DNA from: a virus
Taxonomy: Duplodnaviria > Caudoviricetes
Reading direction: 5' to 3' (one strand)
Virus record (IMG/VR): IMGVR_UViG_3300025013_000109
Span: 1-63,777 of that record
DNA length: 63,777 nucleotides
Position numbers and translations under genes: made by a program. The notes under the pieces were generated by a model that ran no database searches, was not told the DNA's origin, and saw nothing but the letters and a program-made list of their open reading frames with translations. The first letter of the stretch is position 1, and each line of letters begins with the position of its first letter. Shown here piece by piece: positions 1-10,570 of the stretch.

Positions 1-1149
1 ATGAAGACACAGACAGAAAAATTACCCTACAAAGAAGCATTGTTAAATGACCGACAAGGTAAACTAACCAGCCGGTGGTATATCCAGTTCTGGGTTTGGA
101 GCGATGTCGAGAAAAAGACAATTCGCCGTTGGGACTATGCCATTAATAAAGAGATTGGAAAAGACGAAGCGGACACGATCCGCATCCGCAGGGCTTATGC
201 AAAAGCAAGGATTAAGGCGATCAATCAGTTGCTTGAGGAAGGATATCACATCAGCGATAAAGTTGAAGGAAAATCAATTGATTTGACTCTCCGGAAAGGG
301 ATGGAATATGCGCTTAAGATATCTGGGTTAAAGGCTGGCTCTTACAATTCGTATTCATCGTGTATGAATATCTTCCTTGAATGGGCAAAAACAAACGGTC
401 TGGATTCAATTAACCTGGACAAATTTTCCCGTAAAGATGCCTATCAGTATATTGACTGGAGAATAAGCTCCGGGATAAAAGGTAGTACTATTAATAATGA
501 TGTAAGTTATATCAAGCGGCTCTGGAGCATTCTTAAAAAGCGGGAGATAATTGTAAAAAATCCATTTTCAGAACTCGAAAAACAAAAGGAAGAGCGAAGC
601 CTTCGAAATCTAGCGTATACTGATTCTGAAATTGAATTATTAAAAAATGAAATATCTGTGTCAGATCCTGAGCTTTGGAGTTTTATTCAGATCATTTATA
701 ATTCGTTCATGCGTCCGAATGAAATCAGGCAATTAAAAGTATCTGATATCAGGCTTTCTGATCGAATGATTTATATCGATGCTTCGATATCGAAAAATAA
801 TAAAAGCGAATTTGTAACCATCCCAGATTCATTGATCGATTCAATAATTAACCTGGTTCAATTTAAAAATTCAGGTGACTGGCTTTTCCCTGGCAAAAGA
901 ACATGCATTTCGAAAAACAGGATGAACGACCGGCACCGGCCATTTTTGCAGAAACACAATTTTTCTGAAGATCACACTTTATATAGTTGGAAGCATACCG
1001 GGGTTGTCAGGGCATATAAAGCCGGGGTTGATCTGAAACGGATACAGCTCCAGTGTAGGCATCATTCAATTGCACAAACTGATACTTATCTGAAGAGCAT
1101 GGGTTTGTACGAAAACTTAGAGATCAAGTTAAAAATGCCTCCGCTTTAA
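1..1149 (+). CDS. int: Tyrosine recombinase / phage integrase
   Basis: 382 aa; catalytic motifs MRPNEI, YSWKHTGV (HxxR-like), RHHS..TDTY; N-terminal arm/SAM-like region. Confidence 0.92.
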   Translation: MKTQTEKLPYKEALLNDRQGKLTSRWYIQFWVWSDVEKKTIRRWDYAINKEIGKDEADTIRIRRAYAKARIKAINQLLEEGYHISDKVEGKSIDLTLRKGMEYALKISGLKAGSYNSYSSCMNIFLEWAKTNGLDSINLDKFSRKDAYQYIDWRISSGIKGSTINNDVSYIKRLWSILKKREIIVKNPFSELEKQKEERSLRNLAYTDSEIELLKNEISVSDPELWSFIQIIYNSFMRPNEIRQLKVSDIRLSDRMIYIDASISKNNKSEFVTIPDSLIDSIINLVQFKNSGDWLFPGKRTCISKNRMNDRHRPFLQKHNFSEDHTLYSWKHTGVVRAYKAGVDLKRIQLQCRHHSIAQTDTYLKSMGLYENLEIKLKMPPL

Positions 1150-1152
1150 AAC

Positions 1153-1182
1153 AAAAACCCCCGGACAACTCGTGACCGGGGG
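1153..1182. terminator. Hairpin terminator between convergent int and 1212..1628
   Basis: aaaaacccccgg-loop-ccggggg; A-tract reads as U-tract on the - strand. Confidence 0.6.
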
Positions 1183-1211
1183 GAACCAATAAATCTATTA
1201 ACCTAACTAAC

Positions 1212-1628
1212 CTAAACCGAAGTGTCAGCCCTGATCCTAACCGGGTGTACTGACACAATATTTCGTTGTATGAAGTTCTGACTTTGACGCATCGAGTATC
1301 TGCACAATCGTAAGTCAGTTTTACAATACTGGGTAAAATTGAGCTTTGTCACTTTTTGATTAATTAGATTAGTAGGCTGAGCAACAAGATTCAATACCTG
1401 TACTTCAACACCACCTCCTTTCCTGCAAACCAGTGGCGATTGAGTATTTACATTGCCGATCTGGCTGAAGATGTAGTTATCCTGAACCATTGCTGAAGCG
1501 GGAGCTACAAATTGATGATCGACTACAAAACAAACCTGATCGGAGTTTGCAGCCCGTGCCTGTTCGCCAGGCGGCCACACAACCAACATCCCGATCGCAA
1601 AAATGCAAAGTGCAATGAATCGTTTCAT
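1212..1628 (-). CDS. Hypothetical protein with signal peptide
   Basis: 138 aa ORF, MKRFIALCIFAIGMLVV hydrophobic N-terminus; preceded by the late-promoter motif. Confidence 0.6.
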   Translation of the reverse strand: MKRFIALCIFAIGMLVVWPPGEQARAANSDQVCFVVDHQFVAPASAMVQDNYIFSQIGNVNTQSPLVCRKGGGVEVQVLNLVAQPTNLINQKVTKLNFTQYCKTDLRLCRYSMRQSQNFIQRNIVSVHPVRIRADTSV

Positions 1629-1726
1629 GAGATGAAATTTTAATGATTAATAAATTGAAAATCAAATTTTCTAAATATTTTATACAGGAGAAAGGACAGG
1701 TTCGACAGGCTCACCTAACGATGCCA

Positions 1727-1963
1727 TCATCCTGCGTCCGCCTCGGGCCAGCACCACCGGCAACCGTTATAACCATTGTTTTTAATCAGTTTCAGCGCCT
1801 TTCGTTTGGTGATGTGTTCGCTGGTTTTGCCCGAAATGTGGTTCAGGTGACAGTTGCGGTGCTTTTCGGTAACGCGGTGGATCTCTTTGCTGCGGTGGTT
1901 AACCAGGTAACCAAACCCGAAAATGATCAGTAAAAATTCTTTAAGGCTGATTTCTGTTTCCAT
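1727..1963 (-). CDS. Small hypothetical protein, possibly metal-binding
   Basis: 78 aa; H..C and CRWC motifs; in line with lysis genes. Confidence 0.55.
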   Translation of the reverse strand: METEISLKEFLLIIFGFGYLVNHRSKEIHRVTEKHRNCHLNHISGKTSEHITKRKALKLIKNNGYNGCRWCWPEADAG

Positions 1964-1969
1964 AATGGT

Positions 1970-2572
1970 TTATTTTTTTATAAAGTTTATTTGGGTAAAA
2001 GTCCCCTCGCCACAATCGTTGAAAAGCCGGTATTTTTCGGGGCGGATGGTCCAGAATAAGAATCTTTTCTTTTTCGTTACCACTAATTGATGTGAATTGG
2101 TTGCGGTCTTTTCAGTGATTTCGAGTTTGCTGTTTTGGTCGTTTGACAAAATTTGTCCTTTCATGCCCCAGCAACCGTTGTTTGTTGAAACCGGAATCTT
2201 AAAGCTTTTATCTGGCTGCTGAATTGCCGGTAAATAAACTATCTTTTCAATAACCGTATCCTTATAAACCGTATTAATAACGGTTGCACCCCTGACCGTT
2301 TTGGGCTTGATTTTGACAGCCGCGAACAAGGAGTCAAGTTTAGCCTTATCCCTGGTCTGCATCTGCTGGTATTCGCCCAGCGTGACGTTTAATACAGCGT
2401 TGGTTTGGGTAACCTGCATAAAGTTCTCTTCTATCCGGTTCCGGTCGTGTTTCAGGTAGTCGTTCTGGTTGAAAAGATAAGCTACAATTGCAAATAGTAA
2501 CACTACTGCAACTGCCAACAACTTGATTAAATTGCCTTTAATCCAAAAGAGGGCAGCTTTTAGGAGTTTCAT
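1970..2572 (-). CDS. Membrane-anchored coiled-coil lysis accessory (spanin/Rz-like)
   Basis: N-terminal TM helix then coiled coil; downstream of endolysin and holin-like genes. Confidence 0.55.
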   Translation of the reverse strand: MKLLKAALFWIKGNLIKLLAVAVVLLFAIVAYLFNQNDYLKHDRNRIEENFMQVTQTNAVLNVTLGEYQQMQTRDKAKLDSLFAAVKIKPKTVRGATVINTVYKDTVIEKIVYLPAIQQPDKSFKIPVSTNNGCWGMKGQILSNDQNSKLEITEKTATNSHQLVVTKKKRFLFWTIRPEKYRLFNDCGEGTFTQINFIKK

Positions 2573-2940
2573 TCTGTGGTGGTTTTAGTTGATGTGCTTT
2601 CTGTTTCTATTGTTGATTTTATTCCGGCTTTTGTTTCGGCAAACTTTTGCAATGCCTTGGGCGCAAATACGGCTAATCCAAAAAATCCGAAAATAGTCCA
2701 GTTGATTACCTCCAACTGGTTCAGGAGTGTAATAAATGTTTGTTGCGATATAGCGGGTTCGGGCGTAATGCTTACCATTTTAGAAAGTACGTAAAAATGG
2801 TACTCGTAAGAGGCGCAAAAATAAATGGTTGTTAATACCCAAAACGCGAACGCCCACGATCCTGATTTTCGGGTCCAACTGTCGGCAATCATACCGTTTG
2901 GTTGTAGTTCCTGATAGGTTCCAATGTCTGACTTTTTCAT
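2569..2940 (-). CDS. Two-TM membrane protein, holin-like
   Basis: Two hydrophobic segments, charged C-terminal tail, lysis-cassette position, 4-bp overlap with next gene. Confidence 0.5.
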   Translation of the reverse strand: MKKSDIGTYQELQPNGMIADSWTRKSGSWAFAFWVLTTIYFCASYEYHFYVLSKMVSITPEPAISQQTFITLLNQLEVINWTIFGFFGLAVFAPKALQKFAETKAGIKSTIETESTSTKTTTE

Positions 2941-3066
2941 ATTTTTATAATTTAGCTAATGCATGCGAAACGGCCCACCAGATGGCTTCTTCTTTCAGGT
3001 AAAATAAATGGACGGCCTTCATCCACCCTTTCTTTTTTTCCCTTTTCTCTTTTCTATTTGTGGTTT

Positions 3067-3489
3067 TCATGGCCGTACAATTAAAAGTTCGTTTCCGGTA
3101 CAGAACCTGACATCGCTATGCACCCAGCTTACGCCGTCTTCGATGCAGGTGATACCCAATTCGTGCCAGTGTTCCTGGATATATTTCCGGACTTCTTCGG
3201 CTGGCACCGAAAATAGTTTGTCGGAAGCGCGGCCAAACGAATGCTGACTGGTTGGTGAGTAATCGGGGCTTTCTGGTGTGCGCAATCCCGACCAGTTGCG
3301 CTGACCACCGTTCCACCAGTTGTTGATCGTAACAGAACCGAACACCTCGCGTAGTTTCTGATCAGCTTCAATTAATCGGTTATCCAACAACCCGATTAAA
3401 ATGTGCGGTTTATCCTGATATTTCAGGTACAAGTCTTTTGGAATATATTCGTCCAAATACAGCTTAGCAGTAAGGTTGATGCGTTGCAT
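3067..3489 (-). CDS. Endolysin, peptidase M15 family
   Basis: SQHSFGRASD (SxHxxGxAxD) and WVHSD zinc-peptidase motifs. Confidence 0.85.
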   Translation of the reverse strand: MQRINLTAKLYLDEYIPKDLYLKYQDKPHILIGLLDNRLIEADQKLREVFGSVTINNWWNGGQRNWSGLRTPESPDYSPTSQHSFGRASDKLFSVPAEEVRKYIQEHWHELGITCIEDGVSWVHSDVRFCTGNELLIVRP

Positions 3490-3501
3490 GGTTTTAAAGT
3501 T

Positions 3502-3735
3502 TTATTTACTTCGTTCTTGCTCATTATAATCGGGTAAATTATCCCAATTCCTTAATAAATTTATGTCGTCACAAGGATGCATCCCGTCTTTACTTTTTAG
3601 TTTTTTGCCTATCAGTCGCTCTATTGTACCCCTTTTAAGCTTTTTGATTTCCCAATAACACGCTGGCGCATTTTTATAGGTAAATTTTAACGCTAGTTCA
3701 TCGTGGTGTGTTGCTCCAACAAATAAATCTGCCAT
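3502..3735 (-). CDS. Hypothetical protein
   Basis: 77 aa ORF, start overlaps the stop of the upstream gene. Confidence 0.5.
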   Translation of the reverse strand: MADLFVGATHHDELALKFTYKNAPACYWEIKKLKRGTIERLIGKKLKSKDGMHPCDDINLLRNWDNLPDYNEQERSK

Positions 3736-4235
3736 TACTCTACCAGTTTAATCCTGTATGTAAGACTGATGGTCTCGTACTTATAGTAATCGAGGTTGCC
3801 CAACATCCAATGTTCGTAAAAATCTTTTACCGTTGCGCGGCGCTGGCGTACTAAACAGATTTTCGGACGCAAAAAAAACACGCGGTTAGGAACTGTGATC
3901 GTGTAGGGCTGTATCCGGGTGTTCAGCGAGTTTTCCTTGTAATCTTTACACTTACAAAAATACCAGATGGTGTCAATGGGTTCGTTCCAGAAGTAATACC
4001 GGTCGCCCGCATGGTAGGTTGTGCCGTTCGTGGTGGTAAAGTCGGTCTTTATCTCGGTTACATGCTCGAAACCGCGGCTTCCGGGCTGCTGAATGGTATC
4101 AGGTACCATGGTGCGGCAATAGGCCGAGTATAAGAGCCATTGCGCCTGGTCGGCCTTGCGTACCCGTGTGGGTATTTGAGCGGTAACCGCACTAAAAAAC
4201 AAAAACGCGATGAGTAATAAGAGTAGGTTTTTCAT
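3735..4235 (-). CDS. Hypothetical secreted protein
   Basis: Signal peptide MKNLLLLLIAFLFFSAVTAQ. Confidence 0.6.
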   Translation of the reverse strand: MKNLLLLLIAFLFFSAVTAQIPTRVRKADQAQWLLYSAYCRTMVPDTIQQPGSRGFEHVTEIKTDFTTTNGTTYHAGDRYYFWNEPIDTIWYFCKCKDYKENSLNTRIQPYTITVPNRVFFLRPKICLVRQRRATVKDFYEHWMLGNLDYYKYETISLTYRIKLVE

Positions 4236-4247
4236 ATCGTTACGATT

Positions 4248-4694
4248 TTAGGTTATATCAGCGCCGGTTTCTTTCTCAATTTTCTTTTTAAAAATGTTTT
4301 CAAGCCCCTGAAACCCTTGCCATTTGGTTATTTTGTATCCATTTTTTCCGATACTGAAAATTAGTACTCCGGCGATGAACCAGCCTATCAGGTTGTAAGT
4401 TTGCAGAAATGACTGGTTGAAAACATCGTCCCACATATAGGCCATCATGATTAACAGGATCGATATCAACATCCGCGGCATGGTCGTTCGCCAGACTATG
4501 CGGGTACTGAACTTTTCGCCGCGCAATTTGCGGGCCGCCCAATAGCCCATCAATACATCGAGAAAAAAAAGTAGTACTATAAAATTGACCATATCCTTGA
4601 TTGGCAGAAAATAGCCGATGATTGTTCCCAATATTCCGCAGAGAAGTTCCCAGATGCCTTTTACAAGATTTGGGAAGGTTAAGTATTCGTCCAT
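4248..4694 (-). CDS. Phage holin
   Basis: 148 aa, 3 TM segments, FFLDVLMGYWAA pattern typical of phage holin family 4; head of lysis operon. Confidence 0.75.
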   Translation of the reverse strand: MDEYLTFPNLVKGIWELLCGILGTIIGYFLPIKDMVNFIVLLFFLDVLMGYWAARKLRGEKFSTRIVWRTTMPRMLISILLIMMAYMWDDVFNQSFLQTYNLIGWFIAGVLIFSIGKNGYKITKWQGFQGLENIFKKKIEKETGADIT

Positions 4695-4745
4695 AGCGTT
4701 TTGATTTCAAAGATGGGGCGAAAGCGTATTTAACGAAAGGACAAC

Positions 4746-5240
4746 TTATGAGTTGATAACCGCCCATTTAATCCACACTGTCTCGCTGGCTTCGCCTTCA
4801 ACTACGCATTTATACATAAACCCTTCGTAATAGCTTTCCTCGCCCAGGATTCCGGCATCTATTCCGGTTATTTTTTCGCCTTCTCCAAACTGTGCCGATT
4901 CTCCAGGTTCGCCCTGATCACCAGGATCGCCTTTCAGCTCGTCGCGCTGGTCTTGCGTAAAATCCTGCCACAGGAAGGGGTTTCCCTGTTCGCCCTGATC
5001 TCCGGTTGCACCCGGTTCACCCTGGTTGCCCTGTTCTCCCTTATCACCCTTATCGCCTTTCAGCGAAGCGAACCATTCTTCTTTAGTACCTTCAAAACCT
5101 CCATTCACCATCGCGTCCATATACGCCGAAAGACCCGCAACCGCCTGATTGACCTCAATAGTTACATTTTCGACCTGCTCATTAACTTCGAGGTTAACTG
5201 CAACCGGAAACTCGTTGATAATGATCTGAACTACGTCCAT
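4746..5240 (-). CDS. Collagen-like tail fibre-associated protein
   Basis: G-X-Y repeats, GLSAY..GFEGTKEEWFASLKG and FTQDQRDELKG motifs. Confidence 0.75.
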   Translation of the reverse strand: MDVVQIIINEFPVAVNLEVNEQVENVTIEVNQAVAGLSAYMDAMVNGGFEGTKEEWFASLKGDKGDKGEQGNQGEPGATGDQGEQGNPFLWQDFTQDQRDELKGDPGDQGEPGESAQFGEGEKITGIDAGILGEESYYEGFMYKCVVEGEASETVWIKWAVINS

Positions 5241-5572
5241 TATATCGAGGTTATTACGGGTTTAATGGTCCATTTTCCGCCGATGTATGTTTTGTTCCGC
5301 CCATCAATGAAAATAATTTTCAAGTCCCACTGATACGTTCCAGGTGCAAGTTTCACCAGTTGCTGCGGCACTGTAATGGTCCAGGGTTGGTTGATAACAA
5401 GCGTTCCGTCGCTGGTCTTGAATTCTTTCAGTACCGGCGACCCTACCGATGCGCGTACCTGTATTTTTACCGCGGCATAGGCCAGGCTGTACGCATCTTC
5501 GTTGGGCAGGATAAACTCAACGCCTTCGAAGGTGTTGTTCGAGTTATGGTCAGCTAAATTGTAGTTTTGCAT
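5240..5572 (-). CDS. Small baseplate/tail beta-sandwich protein (BppU N-terminal-like)
   Basis: 110 aa, GTYQWDLKI pattern; translationally coupled to the collagen-like gene. Confidence 0.55.
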   Translation of the reverse strand: MQNYNLADHNSNNTFEGVEFILPNEDAYSLAYAAVKIQVRASVGSPVLKEFKTSDGTLVINQPWTITVPQQLVKLAPGTYQWDLKIIFIDGRNKTYIGGKWTIKPVITSI

Positions 5573-5587
5573 GTGCGTTGCGTATTT

Positions 5588-5629
5588 CGGGTTACGGGTT
5601 ACGGGTTACGGGTTACGGGTTACGGGTTG
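5588..5629. repeat. Heptamer tandem repeat (cgggtta)x6
   Basis: Five perfect units and one variant, intergenic. Confidence 0.9.
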
Positions 5630-5848
5630 CCTTCGGAACTGTTTACTGAATCGAAGATAGGGAAGACGGGAAAAGGGAGAAAGGACAGAAAATTTAAGCC
5701 CGAAGGGTTGTAATGATTATAGAAAAACGATCGAATAAGCCGGGTTAAACCCCGAAGGGGTGGTATAATCCGGGCATGCCTTCGGCATTATTATCCCGTT
5801 CGCTCAGTGCGACAAATTTTCCTCCGTTTGGAGGGGTTAGGGGAGGCT

Positions 5849-8644
5849 CTAATACAACCACAATTTAGTAAAGAACGCGCTTACGTTCAGGTAGCTCCAC
5901 AGTGCTTCGGGGATTTGTAGTTCGGCATTGTATTTGGCTATTTTGGTATAGCCCGAACTATCGCGCACGCTGATGTAGGCGTATTTGGTGGCATCGAAAC
6001 AAGCTCCACCTGCATTTTTGATTCCGGCAGGGGTGATATGGGTACTGGCCGTGTTGACATCTTTAATAAAAATACAGGCATTATCGTCGGCGTTAATAAA
6101 TAGAATATTGTCGCCCAGCAGGGGTTGCAAGGTCCTTTCTTTTTGGTATGGCGACCCGACAAGCCCGGTGCGGTAATATTGCGCCGTATTCGTTTTTTCG
6201 CAATACAGTCCGTCTTCATTCACTTCGGCGACGTAAAGATGCGTGGCCGTTTCGGCAATCGCAATAAATTCGGCAGCTATATCGGCTACCTGGCTCCACA
6301 TCGTCGAAAGGCTGGCCGTGCGGAATACTTCTCCATCGCGGGTAACGGCATGGTAATAGCCACCATAATATATAAAACCGCGCAGGTGGCCGGTTCCATG
6401 ATCGAACGAGGCGGTTTGCACGGCTTCGCTGCTGACATAATCGGCCCAGACAGCATGATAAGGCTGCGCCCATGCCGCCGATCCGTTTCCGTAGCCGATC
6501 AGCAGTGTTTTGGTTGTTCCGTTGTCAACCAGGCTCACGCCGGTTACATTCATTACCCCAAAAACTGAGATCGTTTTGTACCGGATATTGTCCATATCGC
6601 TCAGGTCGCAAACGTGCAACTGGCCGCTGTTACCGCCAACAAAGAGTAATTTGTCGTCAGGAGAATAAGCTACACAGGTAAATTCCGCGTAATCGGCATC
6701 CGAAAGATTTCCGAATACCGGCATCGGGCGGGTCAAACCCGCGGCATCGACCAAAATAGGCGCACCGTATTCGGTTACCCCAACAAACATGGGGACGAAT
6801 AGCGCTCCACCGGCATGTTCGCCGCCGCCTTCGACAATATCAGGGGCCGCAACAAACACATTATCTTCGTTCTTGAAAACCGTTAACGTGGCATCAACAA
6901 ACTCTGAATTTCCGGCCTCGACCTGCATTTCTTTGATGAAAAACGAACCGTCGTGGTCGAGGTAAGGTTTATATATTTCGTTCAGTACCTTGTAAAAAAT
7001 ATTGCCCGGAAACCTGAAATTAGCTTCAACCGGCAGGGCATTCGCATAAAAGGCAGCCGTGCGGCGGTAACGTCTCGGAACGATGCTTTTCCAGTCGATG
7101 GTTAGCCCACTGGGGGTAGTTACCCCACCTGTATTGTTGCCGTTATAAAACAATAATCGCGGGGAAAAATTTTCCGTGAATTGTGAGAACTGGATGTTAT
7201 TTCCTTTCTGGTAGCCAATGGGATAGCCACTTGTATGCATCCGGAGGGTTGAAAATTTGGTCTGAATTTCTTCCGTATCATCACCTGAAGGATTGTATTT
7301 ATAATCCTGAAGGTCGATGGATATCGGCGCCCACATCAATGCCTCTATCGAATTTCCATCTTCATCATCCGTAGTCTCCTGACGGTATTCGTAGTACATT
7401 TTTTCGGAAGTTACCAGGCGGATTTCACTAATAGCGGGTTCGGCAATGGCAACCAAATCGGCATATACAGTTACCGGGTCCTGAATATCAGCTTCACGGG
7501 AGCTGATATCCGTAAAGTTTTCGTTGAATTCCTGATCGTCAGGATCGTGATCGAATTTGAATTTTAGGATCAGGTTTTGACGTTTACCGGGCAACCAACG
7601 GCTTATCCGGTATTTCGAAAGGTTGAACGACTGCATATCGAACAGGCTTTCCCGGTCAATGTTATCCACGTCGTTGATTCCGGAGAAGTGGAAAAACGTA
7701 TTGGTCAGGTTTTGTACCGACAACAGCAGCTCGTTAAGTTCCAATTTGGGCAATAACTTTTTCAGCATAAACTGATCGGTTAACCAAAGCTGCGACTGGA
7801 TCATTAATCCGGGAATGGTGCCAACGTTGCCGGTTACCAAAGCGTGATAATCAATTTTTGTTATTGATGCAAGGATACTGGGTCCATACGCCCGGCAAAT
7901 GGATGTGTTGTGATATAGGCACAGGGTTTTAAGATCGTCGTTATCCTGAATAAAATAATTACGCATGAAAAATTGATTATCGCGCAGCAACAATTCAATC
8001 AGTTTGTGAAGGAACGGGAACGGGCTTACTACTACCACTCCATTCACACCGGCAGCCGTTAATACTCCTCCTGTTACAGTATAGTTGACCTCGAACCCGA
8101 CCGTATCTTCAAATTTGCGGGTTAATATTTCGCGTTCGGTGGCATTTCCATCCAGATCGGTATAAGGTTCGCGTTTTCCTTTATCTACCCAAAAACCTGC
8201 ATTGTTCAGCCTGATGGTGCAATACAGGTCGGTATCAGGATCGTAATCGGGTTTATTCTCGAATGTGAGTTCACCCAGCAAATTGTGGTCGCCAATAAGT
8301 TTCTCGCGCTGGCTATCGCTAAGTGACCGCAGTTCGCTCTGGATGTACCCGGCGTAACCTTTTTCGGATGCGTTAGTGATGACCAGTGTGCCGTAAATAT
8401 ATAAGTAACCTCTCCAGCGCAATTCGGCCCCTGGAAATTTGCGGTCGTTGCTTTTGGCTATTTTGGCAAAGCGACCCGGAAAACCAAGATAGTTACGGTT
8501 CACATCATTATCGGGTATCGACACATCGAGCGCCAACGGTCCAGGGATCTCGTTAAAACACCAGCACGGGTTTTTATAGAGCAACGGAACCCCGAAACCG
8601 GGATCAAGGATTAACTGGCGCGAGTTGATGGTTAATGTGAACAT
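5849..8644 (-). CDS. Large tail/baseplate protein with C-terminal beta-propeller-like region
   Basis: 931 aa in the tail operon; WD40/BNR-like blades in the C-terminal third. Confidence 0.7.
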   Translation of the reverse strand: MFTLTINSRQLILDPGFGVPLLYKNPCWCFNEIPGPLALDVSIPDNDVNRNYLGFPGRFAKIAKSNDRKFPGAELRWRGYLYIYGTLVITNASEKGYAGYIQSELRSLSDSQREKLIGDHNLLGELTFENKPDYDPDTDLYCTIRLNNAGFWVDKGKREPYTDLDGNATEREILTRKFEDTVGFEVNYTVTGGVLTAAGVNGVVVVSPFPFLHKLIELLLRDNQFFMRNYFIQDNDDLKTLCLYHNTSICRAYGPSILASITKIDYHALVTGNVGTIPGLMIQSQLWLTDQFMLKKLLPKLELNELLLSVQNLTNTFFHFSGINDVDNIDRESLFDMQSFNLSKYRISRWLPGKRQNLILKFKFDHDPDDQEFNENFTDISSREADIQDPVTVYADLVAIAEPAISEIRLVTSEKMYYEYRQETTDDEDGNSIEALMWAPISIDLQDYKYNPSGDDTEEIQTKFSTLRMHTSGYPIGYQKGNNIQFSQFTENFSPRLLFYNGNNTGGVTTPSGLTIDWKSIVPRRYRRTAAFYANALPVEANFRFPGNIFYKVLNEIYKPYLDHDGSFFIKEMQVEAGNSEFVDATLTVFKNEDNVFVAAPDIVEGGGEHAGGALFVPMFVGVTEYGAPILVDAAGLTRPMPVFGNLSDADYAEFTCVAYSPDDKLLFVGGNSGQLHVCDLSDMDNIRYKTISVFGVMNVTGVSLVDNGTTKTLLIGYGNGSAAWAQPYHAVWADYVSSEAVQTASFDHGTGHLRGFIYYGGYYHAVTRDGEVFRTASLSTMWSQVADIAAEFIAIAETATHLYVAEVNEDGLYCEKTNTAQYYRTGLVGSPYQKERTLQPLLGDNILFINADDNACIFIKDVNTASTHITPAGIKNAGGACFDATKYAYISVRDSSGYTKIAKYNAELQIPEALWSYLNVSAFFTKLWLY

Positions 8645-8662
8645 CTTGCAAAATTTTAATGT

Positions 8663-10570
8663 TTAACTTACCGTCCATCCTTTAGCTTCTGCAATAGCTT
8701 TATTACAAGTAGCATACCCGGGGTTATTTGTCACATTTATGGTTTTTCCGGTTACTGTAGGCAGGGCGGTGAAAATTCTATCTATTTCTGTGGCATCTAA
8801 ATTATTTTGATCTATTCTCAATTGTGGAGAAGTTCCACTTGAGAAAGTTGAATTAGCCCAATCTATTTCGCAAGACGTTAGCAGTTTGCTTCCTACTTGA
8901 GAAAAAACTCCAAATATTGAGGCGCGTAATGTTGGTTGATTAAATGAAGTTAATAAATGATTAACTAATAGTCCGCCGGCATTTACTTGAGTGGACGGGA
9001 ATGTACAAGTGCTTATATAATTTACTTTAGGAGATACACTAGCAAATGAGGACATATCTGATATAACTGGCAAAGATAATGGTAGATTTATTGTTGTAAG
9101 CTCTGGACAATTAGCGCAACTAGACCCCATAGCAGTAAGAAGATTCATTGAGGTGGGTAATGTAATTGTTACCAAGGCATTACAATTTTGAAACCCTTGA
9201 ACTATATTAGTACATTTATTCATTGAGGTGGGTAATGTAACTGAAACCAGAGCCTTGCAATTATAGCACATAGCATAGGCTGTCAATACCTCGTTCATCG
9301 TTGCCGGAAGTGATAGTGTCGCCAATTCATAGCAATACTGACACATTTGATACATTGTTGTAACAAGTGTTTGAGCGGCAGTTATTACAATGGATGGCAA
9401 AACAGAACAATAAGAAAATGTTTGATACAGCGAAGTATTTTTTGGCATTGATGCTGGCAAGGTGACAGACATTAATGAATAATTATTGACATGCGTTCCG
9501 TTTAATGTTGTCAACTCAGGTAAAGACGAAGGGTATGCCATTGACTTCAGCGCATTGCAGTATTGAAATGTGGTTTCCAATGAAGTGAGTAAGTCCATTG
9601 AAGTTGGAAGTGTGACAGAAGCCAATAATACACAATTATAAAAAGCTGCTCTGAGGTTAGTCAAGGAATTTTGTGTTGCAGGGAATGCAACACTTTTAAG
9701 TTTAACGCAGCTACTAAACGATGAATCCATATTGGCAAGCAAAGGCATTGAACTTGGAAGTGTAACAGAAGAGAGCAAAGAACAGTTCGAATGAGCCGAA
9801 TCGAGCCTTGTTAATGCAGGCATTGAGGCTGGATAAACCAATTTCTCCAGAACTGAACAACCTCCAAAAATACCATTACAGATACTTAACAACGTAATAC
9901 TTGAAGGCCAGGTGATTCTTTTGAATGATGTGCAGTTGCTTAACATTGCCGCCATTGTTGTAACTGCATTCATAGACGAAGGTAAAATCAAATCAACCAA
10001 CGAGGAACAGCCAGAACACATGGATGCCATAGAAGTACATGAATCCATTGCTGTGAGAAATTCAAGTATTCTAAGTACATTAATGTTGTTGAATGCTGAA
10101 GCCAGCGATGTCATATTTGGAGCATTGAACTTTGCACTTAATATTCTCCAGTTTGAAACTTGATTACCACTGATATACCCGACTGCAAATGTAAGCAGGT
10201 TTAATGCGGCTGTTGGTTTAATGCTTACTTTAAAAGTTGTGTATCCATTAGCTGCATATCCGGCTCCTTCAGTAAACCGGTAGTTGTATGCTACTCCGTT
10301 GTTTTTAACCTGAGTGTCAAGCAAAGCATCGCCAGCGCCATAAACCTTAACAGTATAAGTTCCGGCAGATTGAATCGTACATGTAAAAGCTATTCTGCGG
10401 TCGCCTTCATCAGAACACAGAAGTTGAATCTCGTTAGTAACAGGATCTAGCGCTGGCCATTCAGGTTCAGGTACAAAAAAATCTGGCACATAATCATTTA
10501 CAGGGCAAAAAACCGCCGGGTCTGGCGAACCGCCGGTCATCGGTAATCTGAAACTTCCTATCTTGCTCAT
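8663..10570 (-). CDS. Leucine-rich repeat (BspA-like) tail protein, putative receptor-binding protein
   Basis: Many ~24-aa repeats LPxSMxxLTxxxxxFxxCxxLxSVT; more AT-rich than neighbours; coupled to 10567..12054. Confidence 0.75.
   Translation of the reverse strand: MSKIGSFRLPMTGGSPDPAVFCPVNDYVPDFFVPEPEWPALDPVTNEIQLLCSDEGDRRIAFTCTIQSAGTYTVKVYGAGDALLDTQVKNNGVAYNYRFTEGAGYAANGYTTFKVSIKPTAALNLLTFAVGYISGNQVSNWRILSAKFNAPNMTSLASAFNNINVLRILEFLTAMDSCTSMASMCSGCSSLVDLILPSSMNAVTTMAAMLSNCTSFKRITWPSSITLLSICNGIFGGCSVLEKLVYPASMPALTRLDSAHSNCSLLSSVTLPSSMPLLANMDSSFSSCVKLKSVAFPATQNSLTNLRAAFYNCVLLASVTLPTSMDLLTSLETTFQYCNALKSMAYPSSLPELTTLNGTHVNNYSLMSVTLPASMPKNTSLYQTFSYCSVLPSIVITAAQTLVTTMYQMCQYCYELATLSLPATMNEVLTAYAMCYNCKALVSVTLPTSMNKCTNIVQGFQNCNALVTITLPTSMNLLTAMGSSCANCPELTTINLPLSLPVISDMSSFASVSPKVNYISTCTFPSTQVNAGGLLVNHLLTSFNQPTLRASIFGVFSQVGSKLLTSCEIDWANSTFSSGTSPQLRIDQNNLDATEIDRIFTALPTVTGKTINVTNNPGYATCNKAIAEAKGWTVS

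Noticed and set aside
1-1211. att site near the integrase
   Set aside because: No matching direct repeat or tRNA end visible; flanks lie outside the window.
8663-10570. LRR gene as a further DGR target
   Set aside because: No match to TR1 or TR2 seen by eye; its repeats do not show adenine-specific differences. A BLASTN of both TRs would settle it.
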